A DNA stretch of 64,000 nt from an uncultured virus (IMG/VR IMGVR_UViG_2912927692_000003) (lineage: Duplodnaviria; Heunggongvirae; Uroviricota; Caudoviricetes), in IMG/VR virus record IMGVR_UViG_2912927692_000003. The stretch is one strand, 5' to 3'. A program made the translations under genes and the position numbers. Shown one piece after another: positions 37,058-48,054 of the stretch; position 1 is the stretch's first letter; the number at the start of each line of letters is the position of its first letter. The notes below the pieces were generated by a model. The model saw only the letters and a program-made list of their open reading frames with translations. It was not told the origin of the DNA and searched no databases.

Positions 37058-40021
37058 ATGACCACGGGCGTAGAGCTGCGTTTTGACGCAGTACCCAGCG
37101 GCTACGTCCCCTCCAGCAGTCGCAACGTCACGCTGGGTGGCGGCCCGCCGGCGAACCTTCCCGAAGGAACCATCGGAGCTTGGGGCATTCAGCCACCGCT
37201 GCTCTCGCGCGATGCCCGGGTAGTGCGGACAATCCTTCCGGACCCGCACGCATCGGCGGATCTCGACTTCTCTACCGTTGACCCCGGCTACGTGCCGCCA
37301 GCGTCCAATGCTGTGCTGCTTCAGTGGGGTGAGTTGCCGCCGGTAGAGGGCCAAACGGTTTTCCCGGGCGGATTCAGCGATTCCATGGTACCGCCACCGG
37401 CGATCCGTACTCAGTATCGCTTTGTGTTGCCTGTAGGATCGTCGCACCAAGTGTTCGGCGCCGCCAAGGCTTGGAAGTACAGCACGTTCGTTTCGGCCTA
37501 CGGCTTCAATTCGAACGTCATCGGATCCCACAACGCACAGAACAAGCACCGAACGGTTCAGCCGACCGGATTTGTCGCCTACCAAAGCGGGCAGGCGAAC
37601 ATCATCAACCGAAACCGCTATGTGGCGGCCGGCAACATTGCGCCGCCGCCGTGGGGCGCGAATCCCACGGTTTGGCTGTACACCCGCTATCTGAAGCCTG
37701 GCGGCCTACTGGCGACCGCGATCCCGGATGTCCACCGCATCAGCCACGAACGCCAGTTCGTGCAGCTCAATGCTGGTGTTCCAGCGCCAGGCATGGGGAC
37801 GGCATGGGTCAGTCAGGGAACGCGCGTTCTGGAGCCCATTGGCACGTTTCTGGATGCCGTGGCCAGACCTATGGTCGGCGGCACGCGCTTCTTGGAGCCG
37901 CCAGGCTGGGATTCCTCGGCATTCGGCACGCGGATCATTCCCGAGTCGCAGACGGTCGCGCCTCAAGGCTTCGCCGAGTTGTGGGGGCAGCAGGCGATCA
38001 ACAACTGGCTCACCTTTGCCGAGCCGGCCGGATTCCAGAGCACCGTCCAGGAAGAATACCGCTGGGGCCGCGCAGACGTGTGGAACCTGCGCCAGTACGT
38101 GGTCCAGGAGTACGACCCGGACAGCGAGTTGAACCCGCCACCCTGGTCGCAGTGGACGCTGGTGGAGAACCGAAACCGTCAAGTGGGCACCATCGGCATG
38201 CCTTCGCCGCCGGCCGGCTTCCCGCAGATCGACAACAATGCCAGGCCGATCTTGCCAGGCGGCGTGGCGCCGCCGCAGATCACCACTGCAGCCATGATTG
38301 CCTACGGCCGCCGTTACCTGCCGCTGGAAGGCATCGAACCGCCGCCGATCCTGAATTGGCATGCCGTCTACAACGGCGCGAGGGTGTTGGTGCCGACCGG
38401 GAATGCTCAAAGCGCTTTCGGTGTGGCGAGACTGGAGAACACGCGGCGTTACTTCGACCGCATCGGCGGCTTCGACTCGGTGGATATCGGCATCGCGTTC
38501 ATCGATTTCGCCATTCGCGGTATCAGCATCGAGCCGCGCTACAGCATCGAGCCGCCGGATATCAAGTTGCCCGAGGTCAAGCTGTACACGCGCTATGTCG
38601 ATCCGGTAAGCAACGACATGCTGAACATGGGCCTGGCGGCTCTGTCGATCCACTTCAACGCGATCGGGCCGAGGTGGGCGCACAAAGACCTGTTCGGCGA
38701 TCCGCGCATCCACAACGTGACGCCGGAGGTCGCGACCTTCGGGGCGAACGCCGAGGAATTCGGTTCGGCCTTCGTGCGCCTGCAATGGCGTCCGGTGGCG
38801 CCGGACGGCAGTAACATGCAGTTGTTCGGCCAGGCAAAGATCGCCGACCGCAAGCAGACCATCACGGTTCCAGGCACCAACCTGCTCAGGATGGGCGACA
38901 AGCTGGTGGTGACCAAGACCGGCGCGCCGCCGTACTCGCCGCAGAACATCATGGTTGATCAGGCGGTTAACACCGGAGCGGTGCTCGGAAAGCCCGGTCT
39001 GAATCAGTACGTCCTGTACGCGACAGGCATCCGGGCGCCGGACATCGAGGAGCCGACGGTGCGCATCATGGGCGTGAACATCGACGCCGGCATCAAGGTG
39101 GACGGCTACGGCCTGCCAGCCGTGAGCTTGAAGCTGCGCAAGCTGACGGTGGACGAATGGCCCGACGCTGAAGTGTTCCAGCCATCCAAGCCGCGTCTCA
39201 CGCCGCACACCATCTGGGCGGTGAAGGAGGCACCCGAGCAGGCCAAGCAGAACCATCCAGCCGGTAACCTGCACTATGTAGGGGAAACGCTGGTTTATCC
39301 GCCGGGTGAGCGATTCGGCTCGGCGCGCATCAGCACCTACCTGGGCATCCTCAAGCCTTTCCCGCTGGGCGACGTGTCGAAGATGGGTGAGCATGCGATC
39401 TACCTGAAGCGTCGCTACCTGGAGCCGCGGGGTCTGCAGGCGTATCGCATGGGTTGGGCGATCGTGGGTGATGGCACTCAGTTCGTGACACAGTTCGCCG
39501 GTGCTGATTCGATGTTACTCGGGGTGCCTGCCGTAGACCGTGGCCCCTATTACGGCCCGCAAACAGTTCGGCCTGCTGGTCTGCCGGCTCCTGGCCCGGG
39601 TGGGGCTACATGGGTATCGCTGCTGGATCGTCGACTCCAGATGACCGGATTCCCGTCGCAGGCTATGGGATATTCGCGTGGAGAAGGTCCGTACCAGTGG
39701 CAGTCGCTGCATGTTGGACCGCCGATGCCGACCATTCCAAGCGGTACCGACACATCAGCATTCGGTACAGTCTGGGTTTCGCTGCGGGTGCGAGGGGTTG
39801 AGCCGGACGGTTGGGAGTCGTTCATCTGCGAATACGACCCGTCGCATTTCGCGGATCGCATGCGAGTCCGCAACATCTTCACCCCACCGGGTCCAAATGC
39901 CCAGTCCGTGGCACCTGTAGGGTTGGATTCAGTGGATGTGGGCGTGCCCAATGTGCGGCCAGGTGTCCACTACATCCGCCCTGACGGCAACGCCGATCAG
40001 TACCGCAAAGGAGCTTTCTGA
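37058..40021 (+). CDS. Large repetitive tail structural protein
   Basis: 987 aa with recurring P.G..S..FG motifs. Confidence 0.65.
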   Translation: MTTGVELRFDAVPSGYVPSSSRNVTLGGGPPANLPEGTIGAWGIQPPLLSRDARVVRTILPDPHASADLDFSTVDPGYVPPASNAVLLQWGELPPVEGQTVFPGGFSDSMVPPPAIRTQYRFVLPVGSSHQVFGAAKAWKYSTFVSAYGFNSNVIGSHNAQNKHRTVQPTGFVAYQSGQANIINRNRYVAAGNIAPPPWGANPTVWLYTRYLKPGGLLATAIPDVHRISHERQFVQLNAGVPAPGMGTAWVSQGTRVLEPIGTFLDAVARPMVGGTRFLEPPGWDSSAFGTRIIPESQTVAPQGFAELWGQQAINNWLTFAEPAGFQSTVQEEYRWGRADVWNLRQYVVQEYDPDSELNPPPWSQWTLVENRNRQVGTIGMPSPPAGFPQIDNNARPILPGGVAPPQITTAAMIAYGRRYLPLEGIEPPPILNWHAVYNGARVLVPTGNAQSAFGVARLENTRRYFDRIGGFDSVDIGIAFIDFAIRGISIEPRYSIEPPDIKLPEVKLYTRYVDPVSNDMLNMGLAALSIHFNAIGPRWAHKDLFGDPRIHNVTPEVATFGANAEEFGSAFVRLQWRPVAPDGSNMQLFGQAKIADRKQTITVPGTNLLRMGDKLVVTKTGAPPYSPQNIMVDQAVNTGAVLGKPGLNQYVLYATGIRAPDIEEPTVRIMGVNIDAGIKVDGYGLPAVSLKLRKLTVDEWPDAEVFQPSKPRLTPHTIWAVKEAPEQAKQNHPAGNLHYVGETLVYPPGERFGSARISTYLGILKPFPLGDVSKMGEHAIYLKRRYLEPRGLQAYRMGWAIVGDGTQFVTQFAGADSMLLGVPAVDRGPYYGPQTVRPAGLPAPGPGGATWVSLLDRRLQMTGFPSQAMGYSRGEGPYQWQSLHVGPPMPTIPSGTDTSAFGTVWVSLRVRGVEPDGWESFICEYDPSHFADRMRVRNIFTPPGPNAQSVAPVGLDSVDVGVPNVRPGVHYIRPDGNADQYRKGAF

Positions 40022-41211
40022 TGGCCACGACTTCCCTGGTGCCGCTGGCCGGCATCAACAACGTCGCCGAAGATGCCGCGCTGCAACGCGGCGGCGAGAG
40101 CCCGAGGCTCTATGTGCGTGATGCGGTGAACATAGACCTGTCGCCGGCCGGCAAGGCGCAACTGCGGGCCTCTGTGCGCCAGGTCACGGACCAGCCGTTC
40201 CGCCAACTCTGGCAAAGCCCACTGCACGGCGACGCCTTCGGCGCCCTGGGCGACCAGTGGGGAAAGGTCGATCCGCATTCATGGACGTTCGAGCCGCTCG
40301 CACAGATCGGCGAAGGGGACCTGTCCCACGAGGTGCTGAACAATCGGGTGTGCGTCGCCGGAACGGCGGGCATCTTCACCTACGATGGCGCGCAGGCCGA
40401 GCGCCTGACGCTGGACACCCCGGCGCCGCCGCTGCTGGTGGCAGGCGCCGGATCGTTGAGTCAAGGCACCTACGGCGCGGCTGTGGCGTGGCTGCGCGGC
40501 CCCCAGGAGTCGGCGCCGTCGCTGATCGCCTTCGCGGACGTGACCGATGCCGGCGCGCTGGAAGTCACCTTTCCGCTGTGCTTGGATGCCAGTGTGACCG
40601 GCGCGCGCCTCTACCTGACGCGAGCGAATGGTGGCGAGCTGCTGTTGGCCGGCGACTACCCGCTGGGCGCGGCCACGGTCATCCTGCCGACGCTACCGGA
40701 GCTGGGCCGACCGGCGCAGTTTCGCCACCTGTCGCCCATGCCGACCGGCAAGCACCTGGCCTACTGGCGCGGGCGTCTGCTGATCGCGCGCGCCAACGTG
40801 CTGCGCTTCTCCGAGGCCCTGGCCTACCACCTGCACGATGAGCGCTACGGCTTCGTGCAGATGCCCCAGCGCATAACCTTCGTGCAGCCGGTGGATGGCG
40901 GCATTTGGGTGGGCCAGGTCGATCATGTCGCCTTTCTGGATGGCGCTGATCCGGCAAGCCTGAGCGTGTCGCGTCGTGCATCGCGGGCTCCGGTGCCTGG
41001 TAGTGCAGTCCTGGTCCCTGCCGAGGTGGTAGGCACCAACGCATCACCGGATGGCTCGCCGGTCGCCGTGTGGCTAGCGGAGAACGGCTACGTCATGGGC
41101 ACCAGCAGTGGCGCCATCGCCGAGGTTCATGCAGGCGTGCTCGCCGGCATCACCGGCCGTGCCGGTACCTCTGTAGTGTTCGACCGCCGTCTACTGACGG
41201 CAGTAAGCTGA
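40021..41211 (+). CDS. Tail structural protein
   Basis: GINN..VRDAVNIDL...G..R motif typical of podovirus tail proteins. Confidence 0.6.
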   Translation: MATTSLVPLAGINNVAEDAALQRGGESPRLYVRDAVNIDLSPAGKAQLRASVRQVTDQPFRQLWQSPLHGDAFGALGDQWGKVDPHSWTFEPLAQIGEGDLSHEVLNNRVCVAGTAGIFTYDGAQAERLTLDTPAPPLLVAGAGSLSQGTYGAAVAWLRGPQESAPSLIAFADVTDAGALEVTFPLCLDASVTGARLYLTRANGGELLLAGDYPLGAATVILPTLPELGRPAQFRHLSPMPTGKHLAYWRGRLLIARANVLRFSEALAYHLHDERYGFVQMPQRITFVQPVDGGIWVGQVDHVAFLDGADPASLSVSRRASRAPVPGSAVLVPAEVVGTNASPDGSPVAVWLAENGYVMGTSSGAIAEVHAGVLAGITGRAGTSVVFDRRLLTAVS

Positions 41212-41278
41212 ATCACCCCGAATATCGGGCCTTCAATCGCTGCGCAGGAGTGCGGCATGGGACTTCGGAGAGAACCCT

Positions 41279-41869
41279 ATGCAACGCATTAGCAGCGCTC
41301 TGCGCAAAGAAATGGCCGCCGACCTGGCCACTGGTAGCTTCGACATCACCGAAAACGGCATTGCCTTCCCGCGGCTCAGCGTACTGGCCGGTGGCGAGTA
41401 CTTCGGCCGCATCAACAGCGGCGAGTGGGAGAAGGAGGGCGACAACCTGATCCCCACCGAGGGCCTGGCGCACATCCTCAACATCGCGCTGGGCAGTAAG
41501 CCCAAGGTGTCGTATTTCCTGGCCCTGTTCGCTGGGACGGCAGCACCTGCTGCTAACTGGACCGCTGCTAACTTCGCCGCGGTGGCCTCGGAGATCACCA
41601 GCATGACCGAGGGTTACACCAGCGCTACCCGCCCAGCTTGGACGCCGACCGACACCGCTACCGGGTCCATCGACAACATGAACACCGTGGCGACCGTAAC
41701 CATCGCCACAGCGTCGCAGCTCAACGTCAACGGCGCCGCGCTGCTGACCAACAGCACCAAGGGTGGCACCACGGGTGCGCTGGTATCGGCGTCGAAGTAC
41801 GCGGCGACTCGTGTGTTCCAGAACGGCGATACCTACGATATCGGCTACCGGCTGAACCTTACCGTCTAA
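41279..41869 (+). CDS. Virion structural protein
   Basis: NLIPTEGL..EGYTSATRPAW; Thr/Ala-rich. Confidence 0.65.
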   Translation: MQRISSALRKEMAADLATGSFDITENGIAFPRLSVLAGGEYFGRINSGEWEKEGDNLIPTEGLAHILNIALGSKPKVSYFLALFAGTAAPAANWTAANFAAVASEITSMTEGYTSATRPAWTPTDTATGSIDNMNTVATVTIATASQLNVNGAALLTNSTKGGTTGALVSASKYAATRVFQNGDTYDIGYRLNLTV

Positions 41870-41873
41870 GCCG

Positions 41874-44471
41874 ATGTATTCGCCGCGCCCCTACGGACGT
41901 TTCGCGGAAGACGCGGAACTCTCCGCCGACGATGCCGCCGCTGTCGAGCGGCTGGCCAGGAACCTGACGAACTTCAAGCAGGCGTCTGAGCTGGCCAGCC
42001 TGAAGCGCGTTGCTGATCTGCCCAGCGGTCGGCAGGCGGTGGCCATCGACATGGGCGGGGTGTTTCGCATCCTGGTGCTCGAGCAGCATGAACTTCCGCA
42101 ATTCCGTTTCGACGGTGTGGCACAGACCAACATCCCCATGCTGTTCTCCGGCGTCATCACCCGCGCCCAGGTGCTGACCGATGGGCAGGGCGTTGGCATA
42201 AGGTTGACCGAGCAGGCCCGGCGCCGGCTGGTGGCCTACGACCCGAAAGCGGCGCTTCCGCCGAAGGACGTGGCGTTGCAACGCTTTGTCATCAAGTACG
42301 AACCGCGTTTCCAATACTTCGAGCCGCGCGAGCAGGGCATCTACACCTTCACTCAGTACGTCAAGCAGCGCCCGACCTGGTACAGCGGCGCCATGGCCGA
42401 GGTCATGCAGGTGGCTGGCGGATATGGGCGGCAGGTCATGGCCGAACTGCCAGAGGACGACCTTGAGCGCGCAAGGATGCTGATTCCTGAGCGCTACATG
42501 CACCGCATCCGCCAGGAAGTCGGCAACGTTCGGCTGCCAGCCTACACAGGCTTTCCGGACGAGCAAGGCCAGTTCAAATGTGACTACCTCGCCAGCCGCT
42601 GCAACGCCGTCGCTTTCGATGCCGGCAACAGTCCGTGGTTGCTGCAGATCAATGCGCGGGGCGTCTACGCGATGCCGCTTCCTGTGGTGCCGGCCACCAC
42701 CACCGAGGCTTTCCGTGACTACGTGCTGGATGTTGGTGACGACGAGCTGCTGAAGCTTCTGGACCGCTTCGGCGGCATGCCTACTGGTGAGGGGTTCCCC
42801 CAGCCGGAACAGGAGTTCGAGGCGTGGCGCCGGGCCGGCGTCATCGTCAAGGTCTGCGACACCGCCGACTTCTACAATTTCGAGGCCATGTACGCGGCGT
42901 GTGGCTGGGCGGTGAACAGCCGAGGCACCGAGGGCTTCAACACCTGCTGGACCTATGACGACGCCGGCCTGATGCAGGTCCATGCGTACAAGATGAGTCT
43001 GTCGCTGGCCCCGGCGGAGAACCAGGGGCGACTGAAGAACACCTGGAATTTCGATGATCCAGACGATGCAGCGAAACTCAACGCCTACCTGGCCCAGGTC
43101 TATGGCGCGCTGACCGATGGCTCCGCCAGAGAACTGGCCATCAAGTATAAGATTCGGCGGGTGCCGGCTGGTGAGATTCTTTCGCGCGCCTCTTCGGCCA
43201 GCGGCCCGGATCTGGACTACTGGGACAGCCTGGAACTACCTCCCATCGCCACCCACCAGGGCCGCGTGTCGCGCGTCGCCAGTGGCCCTTTCTACTGGCC
43301 GTCCAAGGTCTTGAAGTCCTGCACCCGCCTGAAGTTCCCCGAACTGACGGGGCAGGGGTGCGAGTCCTTCCCGCACATCTCGCCCGACTATTCCGGCGGC
43401 GCAGTGAAGTGCGACACCATAGTCTTCGGCTGCTATGTCGAGGACCAATTGCGTGTCATCAAGTATTTCTACGACGAACGCAAGTTCCAGCAGGAAACGA
43501 CAAGTACGTTCGAGCAGTACATGATCGTCGGCCAGTGGGAGAAGACCGAGACCTTCGGCCTTAGCGGGCTGATGGGGTTCTTCTACACGACCGACTTCGA
43601 CGATCGGCAGGAGCAGCCGGCGGTAACGGTCCATACCAACATCGTCGGCACCGACATGGGCTACGGCAACCCGGCTTACTCCACTCCGCCGACACTTTGG
43701 TGCGTCGGCGGCGTGAGCCGGTCCAGGTATTACATGCATCGCACCACGGTAGACACTACCGAGACGTTTACCCTGGACGTGGCGGCGCTGGTGCCGGTGT
43801 TCGAGCGCGATTGCATGCTCTACGCCTACCAGGACCATACCGGGGGACGCAGTTCCCACGAGGAAACGACGCAGGGCTCTGTGCCTGATCCCACATCCTA
43901 CGAACTCTGGTGCTACGACGACATCTGGCACTGGATGGGGCAGACGCGGAACGGGAACCGGGGCGACCCGCCATCCAAGGATGGGGTGCCGGTCTATGTC
44001 GATACGCTGGTCTACAGCCCAACCGAAATCAGCGACTTCGCCGAAAGCGGCAACTGGCTGAACCTGCCACCTGGCGGTTTTTTGGATGTCACGGGCATCT
44101 GTGGGCCGTACACCTACCGCAACTCCGTCCACAACGCCAACGGCGTCATTATCGGCGGCGAGGCGCCAGGCTTCGATCCGTACCGGAAGGACACCCAGTA
44201 CCCCAACGAGAGTAGCGGGCGCCTGAGTGTGTGCCTGTCCGTGGCCGGCGCTGTTCAGGTCAATAAGGACATGCCGCACTCGTGGTACTGGGGCTTCTCA
44301 CCCGAGAACGACCTTTACTTCTACCGCGACGCCGTGCATGTCGCCATCGGCGACGCCCGGTACGCCAGCATCTACGAGACGGGCCAGGATGGACTGCGCC
44401 GCCGCTGGGGGCATACCGCGCTCGCCGATCACAAGGCGGCCCACCACTTCATAGGGGTTATCAATGAGTGA
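41874..44471 (+). CDS. Large structural protein, function unknown
   Basis: 865-aa ORF in late operon. Confidence 0.7.
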   Translation: MYSPRPYGRFAEDAELSADDAAAVERLARNLTNFKQASELASLKRVADLPSGRQAVAIDMGGVFRILVLEQHELPQFRFDGVAQTNIPMLFSGVITRAQVLTDGQGVGIRLTEQARRRLVAYDPKAALPPKDVALQRFVIKYEPRFQYFEPREQGIYTFTQYVKQRPTWYSGAMAEVMQVAGGYGRQVMAELPEDDLERARMLIPERYMHRIRQEVGNVRLPAYTGFPDEQGQFKCDYLASRCNAVAFDAGNSPWLLQINARGVYAMPLPVVPATTTEAFRDYVLDVGDDELLKLLDRFGGMPTGEGFPQPEQEFEAWRRAGVIVKVCDTADFYNFEAMYAACGWAVNSRGTEGFNTCWTYDDAGLMQVHAYKMSLSLAPAENQGRLKNTWNFDDPDDAAKLNAYLAQVYGALTDGSARELAIKYKIRRVPAGEILSRASSASGPDLDYWDSLELPPIATHQGRVSRVASGPFYWPSKVLKSCTRLKFPELTGQGCESFPHISPDYSGGAVKCDTIVFGCYVEDQLRVIKYFYDERKFQQETTSTFEQYMIVGQWEKTETFGLSGLMGFFYTTDFDDRQEQPAVTVHTNIVGTDMGYGNPAYSTPPTLWCVGGVSRSRYYMHRTTVDTTETFTLDVAALVPVFERDCMLYAYQDHTGGRSSHEETTQGSVPDPTSYELWCYDDIWHWMGQTRNGNRGDPPSKDGVPVYVDTLVYSPTEISDFAESGNWLNLPPGGFLDVTGICGPYTYRNSVHNANGVIIGGEAPGFDPYRKDTQYPNESSGRLSVCLSVAGAVQVNKDMPHSWYWGFSPENDLYFYRDAVHVAIGDARYASIYETGQDGLRRRWGHTALADHKAAHHFIGVINE

Positions 44472-45627
44472 CTACCGCGACGACTCCAACGACACGGCGG
44501 TAATCAGCGACACGACCTGGCTGGGGTTGTCGGCCGTCAGCGAAGGCACCGCGCGCATCAGCGAGACGGTGCTGTACGGGCTGCTGGTGCTGCACACCGA
44601 TACGGCGGCGGTGTCGGATGAGGCTATCGACCGACCGGCGCACCTGCTGGCGGATCAGGCAACCATCAGCGACGCGGCGAGCGACCAGCTCCGCGCCAGG
44701 GTACTGGTGGTCGATACGGCCACCGCGGCGGATCGCGTCACCGGCACCCTTCGTGTCCTGCACGTCGATGACGCCCTGGTGTCGGATGGGGTGCTGGATC
44801 GCGTGCGCGGCCTGACGGTGGACGGTGCCACAGTGGCCGACGAAGCATTCGGCACCCGTCATGCGTTCACCCTGGTGCTGGATGCCGCGCGCATCAGCGA
44901 CAGCACTGGCCAGGCCGCCAGCGTCCTGGTCGAGGACGCCGCCACCGTCAGCGATCAGGCAACTGGGGCGCTGCACGGTCGCGTACTGCTGGTGGATGGG
45001 GCGTCCCTCGCCGACGAGGTGGTGGACGCGCATCAGGCCGTGCAGGCGCTGCTGGTGGACGGGGCATCCATTGCCGCGCTGGTGCTGGACCATCTGGCGG
45101 CGCGCGACCTGGTATCGGATGCCGTGGTGATCGAGGACATCACCGTGGGGGGCGACCAGGACGGCGGCCAGGCTTGGACCGCAAACGTCGATAGTTGGGC
45201 GATGAGCCGCTACGCGCCGTATACCTTCCGGTCGCTTGCTGTGATCGACGGTCGGCTGTACGGCATCGCCGAAGACGGCGTTTATGCGCTGGACGGTGAC
45301 AGCCAGCCGGTGGCCGGCAGAATCGCGACCGGGAAACTGGACATCGGCCAGGGCGCGCTGGTGCATCCGCATAGCGCCTATCTGGAGTATGCACTGGATG
45401 CTGATGGCACGGTGGCCATGGACGTGACCACCACGCAAAGCGGCAGCGCAGCGACCTACAGCTACCCGCTGGAGAGCGAGCCTGCAAGCGAGTTGACCAA
45501 TGGGCGCTTCAAGTTCGGCCGGGGCCTGCGCGGCAGGCACTTCACCTTCACGCTGCGCCTGACCGGCCGGCACGGCTATATCAATGACCTGAGCGTCGAA
45601 TCGGCGCCGACCAACAGGAGAGTGTGA
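44464..45627 (+). CDS. Structural protein with D.A..(S/A)D repeats
   Basis: Repeated DxAxxSD units; C-terminal RFKFGRGLRGR. Confidence 0.65.
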   Translation: MSDYRDDSNDTAVISDTTWLGLSAVSEGTARISETVLYGLLVLHTDTAAVSDEAIDRPAHLLADQATISDAASDQLRARVLVVDTATAADRVTGTLRVLHVDDALVSDGVLDRVRGLTVDGATVADEAFGTRHAFTLVLDAARISDSTGQAASVLVEDAATVSDQATGALHGRVLLVDGASLADEVVDAHQAVQALLVDGASIAALVLDHLAARDLVSDAVVIEDITVGGDQDGGQAWTANVDSWAMSRYAPYTFRSLAVIDGRLYGIAEDGVYALDGDSQPVAGRIATGKLDIGQGALVHPHSAYLEYALDADGTVAMDVTTTQSGSAATYSYPLESEPASELTNGRFKFGRGLRGRHFTFTLRLTGRHGYINDLSVESAPTNRRV

Positions 45628-47520
45628 ATGGGTATCGCACCGGATAGCATCCTTGGCGTTGCGGTGGACACCGTTACGGACAAGATGAATGACCTTGAGG
45701 CGCTGGGCAGCAAGTACAGCGCAGAGCTGTCTGCCGCGCTGGCGAAGATCGGCGACATCACGGTGGCTGACGTGCCGGCGCCGACGCGACCGGATGCGCC
45801 TATCGCTTCGCCGCCGCCCGTCAACCTCGGCGAGCAGCCGACCTTTAACCCTTCGTCCCTGGTCAAGCCGGAAGCCCCTGGGGGCTTGAACATCGACGAC
45901 TTGCTGGCCGACCTGGACGTGGGCGACATGGACGACCTACCCGACGCGCCGACAATGATTCCGATCAACATCCCGGACGCGCCGACCATGACGGCCATCC
46001 CGGTGCCGGAACGCCCGGACATCGACACCACGGTGGAGATTCCCGATGCGCCGCAGATCGTCATGCCGGACATGGAAGCGCTGGAACAGATCCGACTGCC
46101 GGAATTCGTGTTCCCCGAGTTGCCCACGTTCGACGCCACGCCGCCGGACGCGAGCGGGATCACGGTGCCCAACGTCTTCATCAACTGGCTGGAGCCGGAG
46201 TACCAGTCCGAGGTGCTGGACGAGTTGCAAGCGAAGATCAAGGAACTGATGGCGGGAGGCACCGGACTGCCGGCGCCCATCGAGCAGGCGCTGTTCGCCC
46301 GTGCCCGCGAACGCGACAGTGGCGAAACCACGCGCGCCGTGCAGGAGGCGGTCGATACTTGGGCCGCCCGCAATTTCTCCATGCCGCCGGGGATGCTCGC
46401 CAGGCAGGTAGATGTGGTGCGCGAGCAAGGCCGGCTGAAGGCGGCCGAACTGAACCGCGACATCCTGGTGCAAGCGGCCACCTGGGAAATCGAGAACCTG
46501 CGCTTCGCCGTGCAGCAGGGCCTGGCCCTCGAGCAGTTGACCGAGAACATGCACCAGAACATGGCGCAGCGCCTGTTCGAGGTCGCCCGCTTCCACGCGG
46601 AAAGCCAGATCAACGTGTTCAATGCGCAGATCAGCCTGTTCAACGCGCAGAACGCGGCCTTCGAGACGCTGGCGCAGGTCTACCGCACCAAGCTGGATGC
46701 GGCTATCTCCAAGCTGACTGCCTACAAGACGGCCGTGGAGGGCCAGGTGGCGCTGGGGCAGATCAACCAGCAGCGCGTCGAGGTGTTCAAGGCCAAGCTG
46801 GATGCCGTACAGTCGAGCGTCGAGGTCTACAAGGCGCTAATGCAGGGCGCTTCCGTACGCGCCGAGACGATCAAGAATCAGTTCGACGCCTACCGCGCGG
46901 ACGTGCAGGCGTATGCCGAGCAGATCGGCGCCGAGAAGGTCAAGTTCGACGCCTACGAGGCCCGCGTCAAGGGCGAGTCGGCCAAGGCGGACGTGCTTGA
47001 CGCGCAGGCCCGCGCCTACGCTTCGACCATCCAGGGGCTGGCGAACAAGGCCGATGTCAAGGTCAAGGGTGCGCAGATCAAGATGGAGGCGGCGCGCACC
47101 AAGGTGTCGAAGTTCTTGGCGGACGTGGACGCCTACAAGGCCACCCTGCAGGCCAACCTGAGCGAGGTGCAGTACAACACGTCGGTGTTCCAGGCCCAGG
47201 TAGAAGCCTGGCGCGCAGCGGCCAGTGCCAACGTGGCCGACGCCGAGATGCAATCGCGCTTTGCCGACATGAACAGCCGGACCAACATCGCATACGCGGA
47301 AATGCAGATCAGCGAGTACACCGCGAAGATGCAGAATGCCGTACAGCAGGCGCAGATCGCCCTGGAGGCAGCCAAGGCCTTGGGGCAGTACACCGCCCAG
47401 CTCGCGGCCGGCGCTATGTCGGCGGCACATGTATCGGCCAGCATCAGTGGCTCAGGAAGTGCTAGTACAGGTGAAACAAAATCCGAAACAACTTCGACTT
47501 CTTATAATTATAACTATTGA
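45628..47520 (+). CDS. Structural/internal protein with Pro-rich N-half and long coiled coil
   Basis: 630-aa ORF; Ala/Gln-rich helical C-half. Confidence 0.7.
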   Translation: MGIAPDSILGVAVDTVTDKMNDLEALGSKYSAELSAALAKIGDITVADVPAPTRPDAPIASPPPVNLGEQPTFNPSSLVKPEAPGGLNIDDLLADLDVGDMDDLPDAPTMIPINIPDAPTMTAIPVPERPDIDTTVEIPDAPQIVMPDMEALEQIRLPEFVFPELPTFDATPPDASGITVPNVFINWLEPEYQSEVLDELQAKIKELMAGGTGLPAPIEQALFARARERDSGETTRAVQEAVDTWAARNFSMPPGMLARQVDVVREQGRLKAAELNRDILVQAATWEIENLRFAVQQGLALEQLTENMHQNMAQRLFEVARFHAESQINVFNAQISLFNAQNAAFETLAQVYRTKLDAAISKLTAYKTAVEGQVALGQINQQRVEVFKAKLDAVQSSVEVYKALMQGASVRAETIKNQFDAYRADVQAYAEQIGAEKVKFDAYEARVKGESAKADVLDAQARAYASTIQGLANKADVKVKGAQIKMEAARTKVSKFLADVDAYKATLQANLSEVQYNTSVFQAQVEAWRAAASANVADAEMQSRFADMNSRTNIAYAEMQISEYTAKMQNAVQQAQIALEAAKALGQYTAQLAAGAMSAAHVSASISGSGSASTGETKSETTSTSYNYNY

Positions 47521-47554
47521 TTCTGCGGGTCACGGGACATGGAAGTTTCGTATT

Positions 47555-47905
47555 TTAAGGCTGGTTGTCTTTTTGAAGATTTTGATATTCTTCCCAAGGT
47601 TTTTTTTCTTCGTCATACAGCTTGCTGCATGCAATGAATATCATGCGGCCAGCTAAGTTGCTCGGTGTCTCCTTTCCTATTGCCATCATGCAATCTCTGC
47701 CTGACTTGTAGCCAAATAATCCTCTCCCAGACCCTTGTTCGACCTCTAAGAGTGCATTTGGGTATTGGCCTGCGCAAAGACTTATCACCACCCGGGCAGC
47801 CTGATCGTTTTGCACTTCTGGCATTTTATCCAAAATGCATGTTGCATAGTCTCCTGCTATTGAAGAGGTGGAGATAATTGTCAGTAGGAACAATAAATTT
47901 CTCAC
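47555..47905 (-). CDS. Secreted four-cysteine moron protein (VF_A0006-like)
   Basis: Signal peptide ..SSIA-GDYATCILDKM..C..C..ACSKLY; AT-rich; own GGAG RBS and TATATT -10; antisense to late operon. Confidence 0.8.
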   Translation of the reverse strand: MRNLLFLLTIISTSSIAGDYATCILDKMPEVQNDQAARVVISLCAGQYPNALLEVEQGSGRGLFGYKSGRDCMMAIGKETPSNLAGRMIFIACSKLYDEEKKPWEEYQNLQKDNQP

Positions 47906-47978
47906 AAGTACTTTTCTCCGGTTGTGCGCCCGGAATATATAGCTTTTGGTTCATTGGCGGAAAGTGGATACGCCATAG

Positions 47979-48021
47979 CCCCCTGTAGGGTTCGTCCAAA
48001 AATGAGACGAGCAGCAAGATT
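47979..48021 (+). promoter_or_regulatory. Late-operon motif copy 3
   Basis: CCCCCTGTAGGGTTCG then CAAGAT at 48015. Confidence 0.7.
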
Positions 48022-48054
48022 GAATCTGTATCCAAGCCGTTTTAGAGGCATCCC

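Noticed and set aside
36198..44471. Diversity-generating retroelement or invertible tail cassette
   Set aside because: No reverse transcriptase, invertase or TR/VR duplicate recognised in the window
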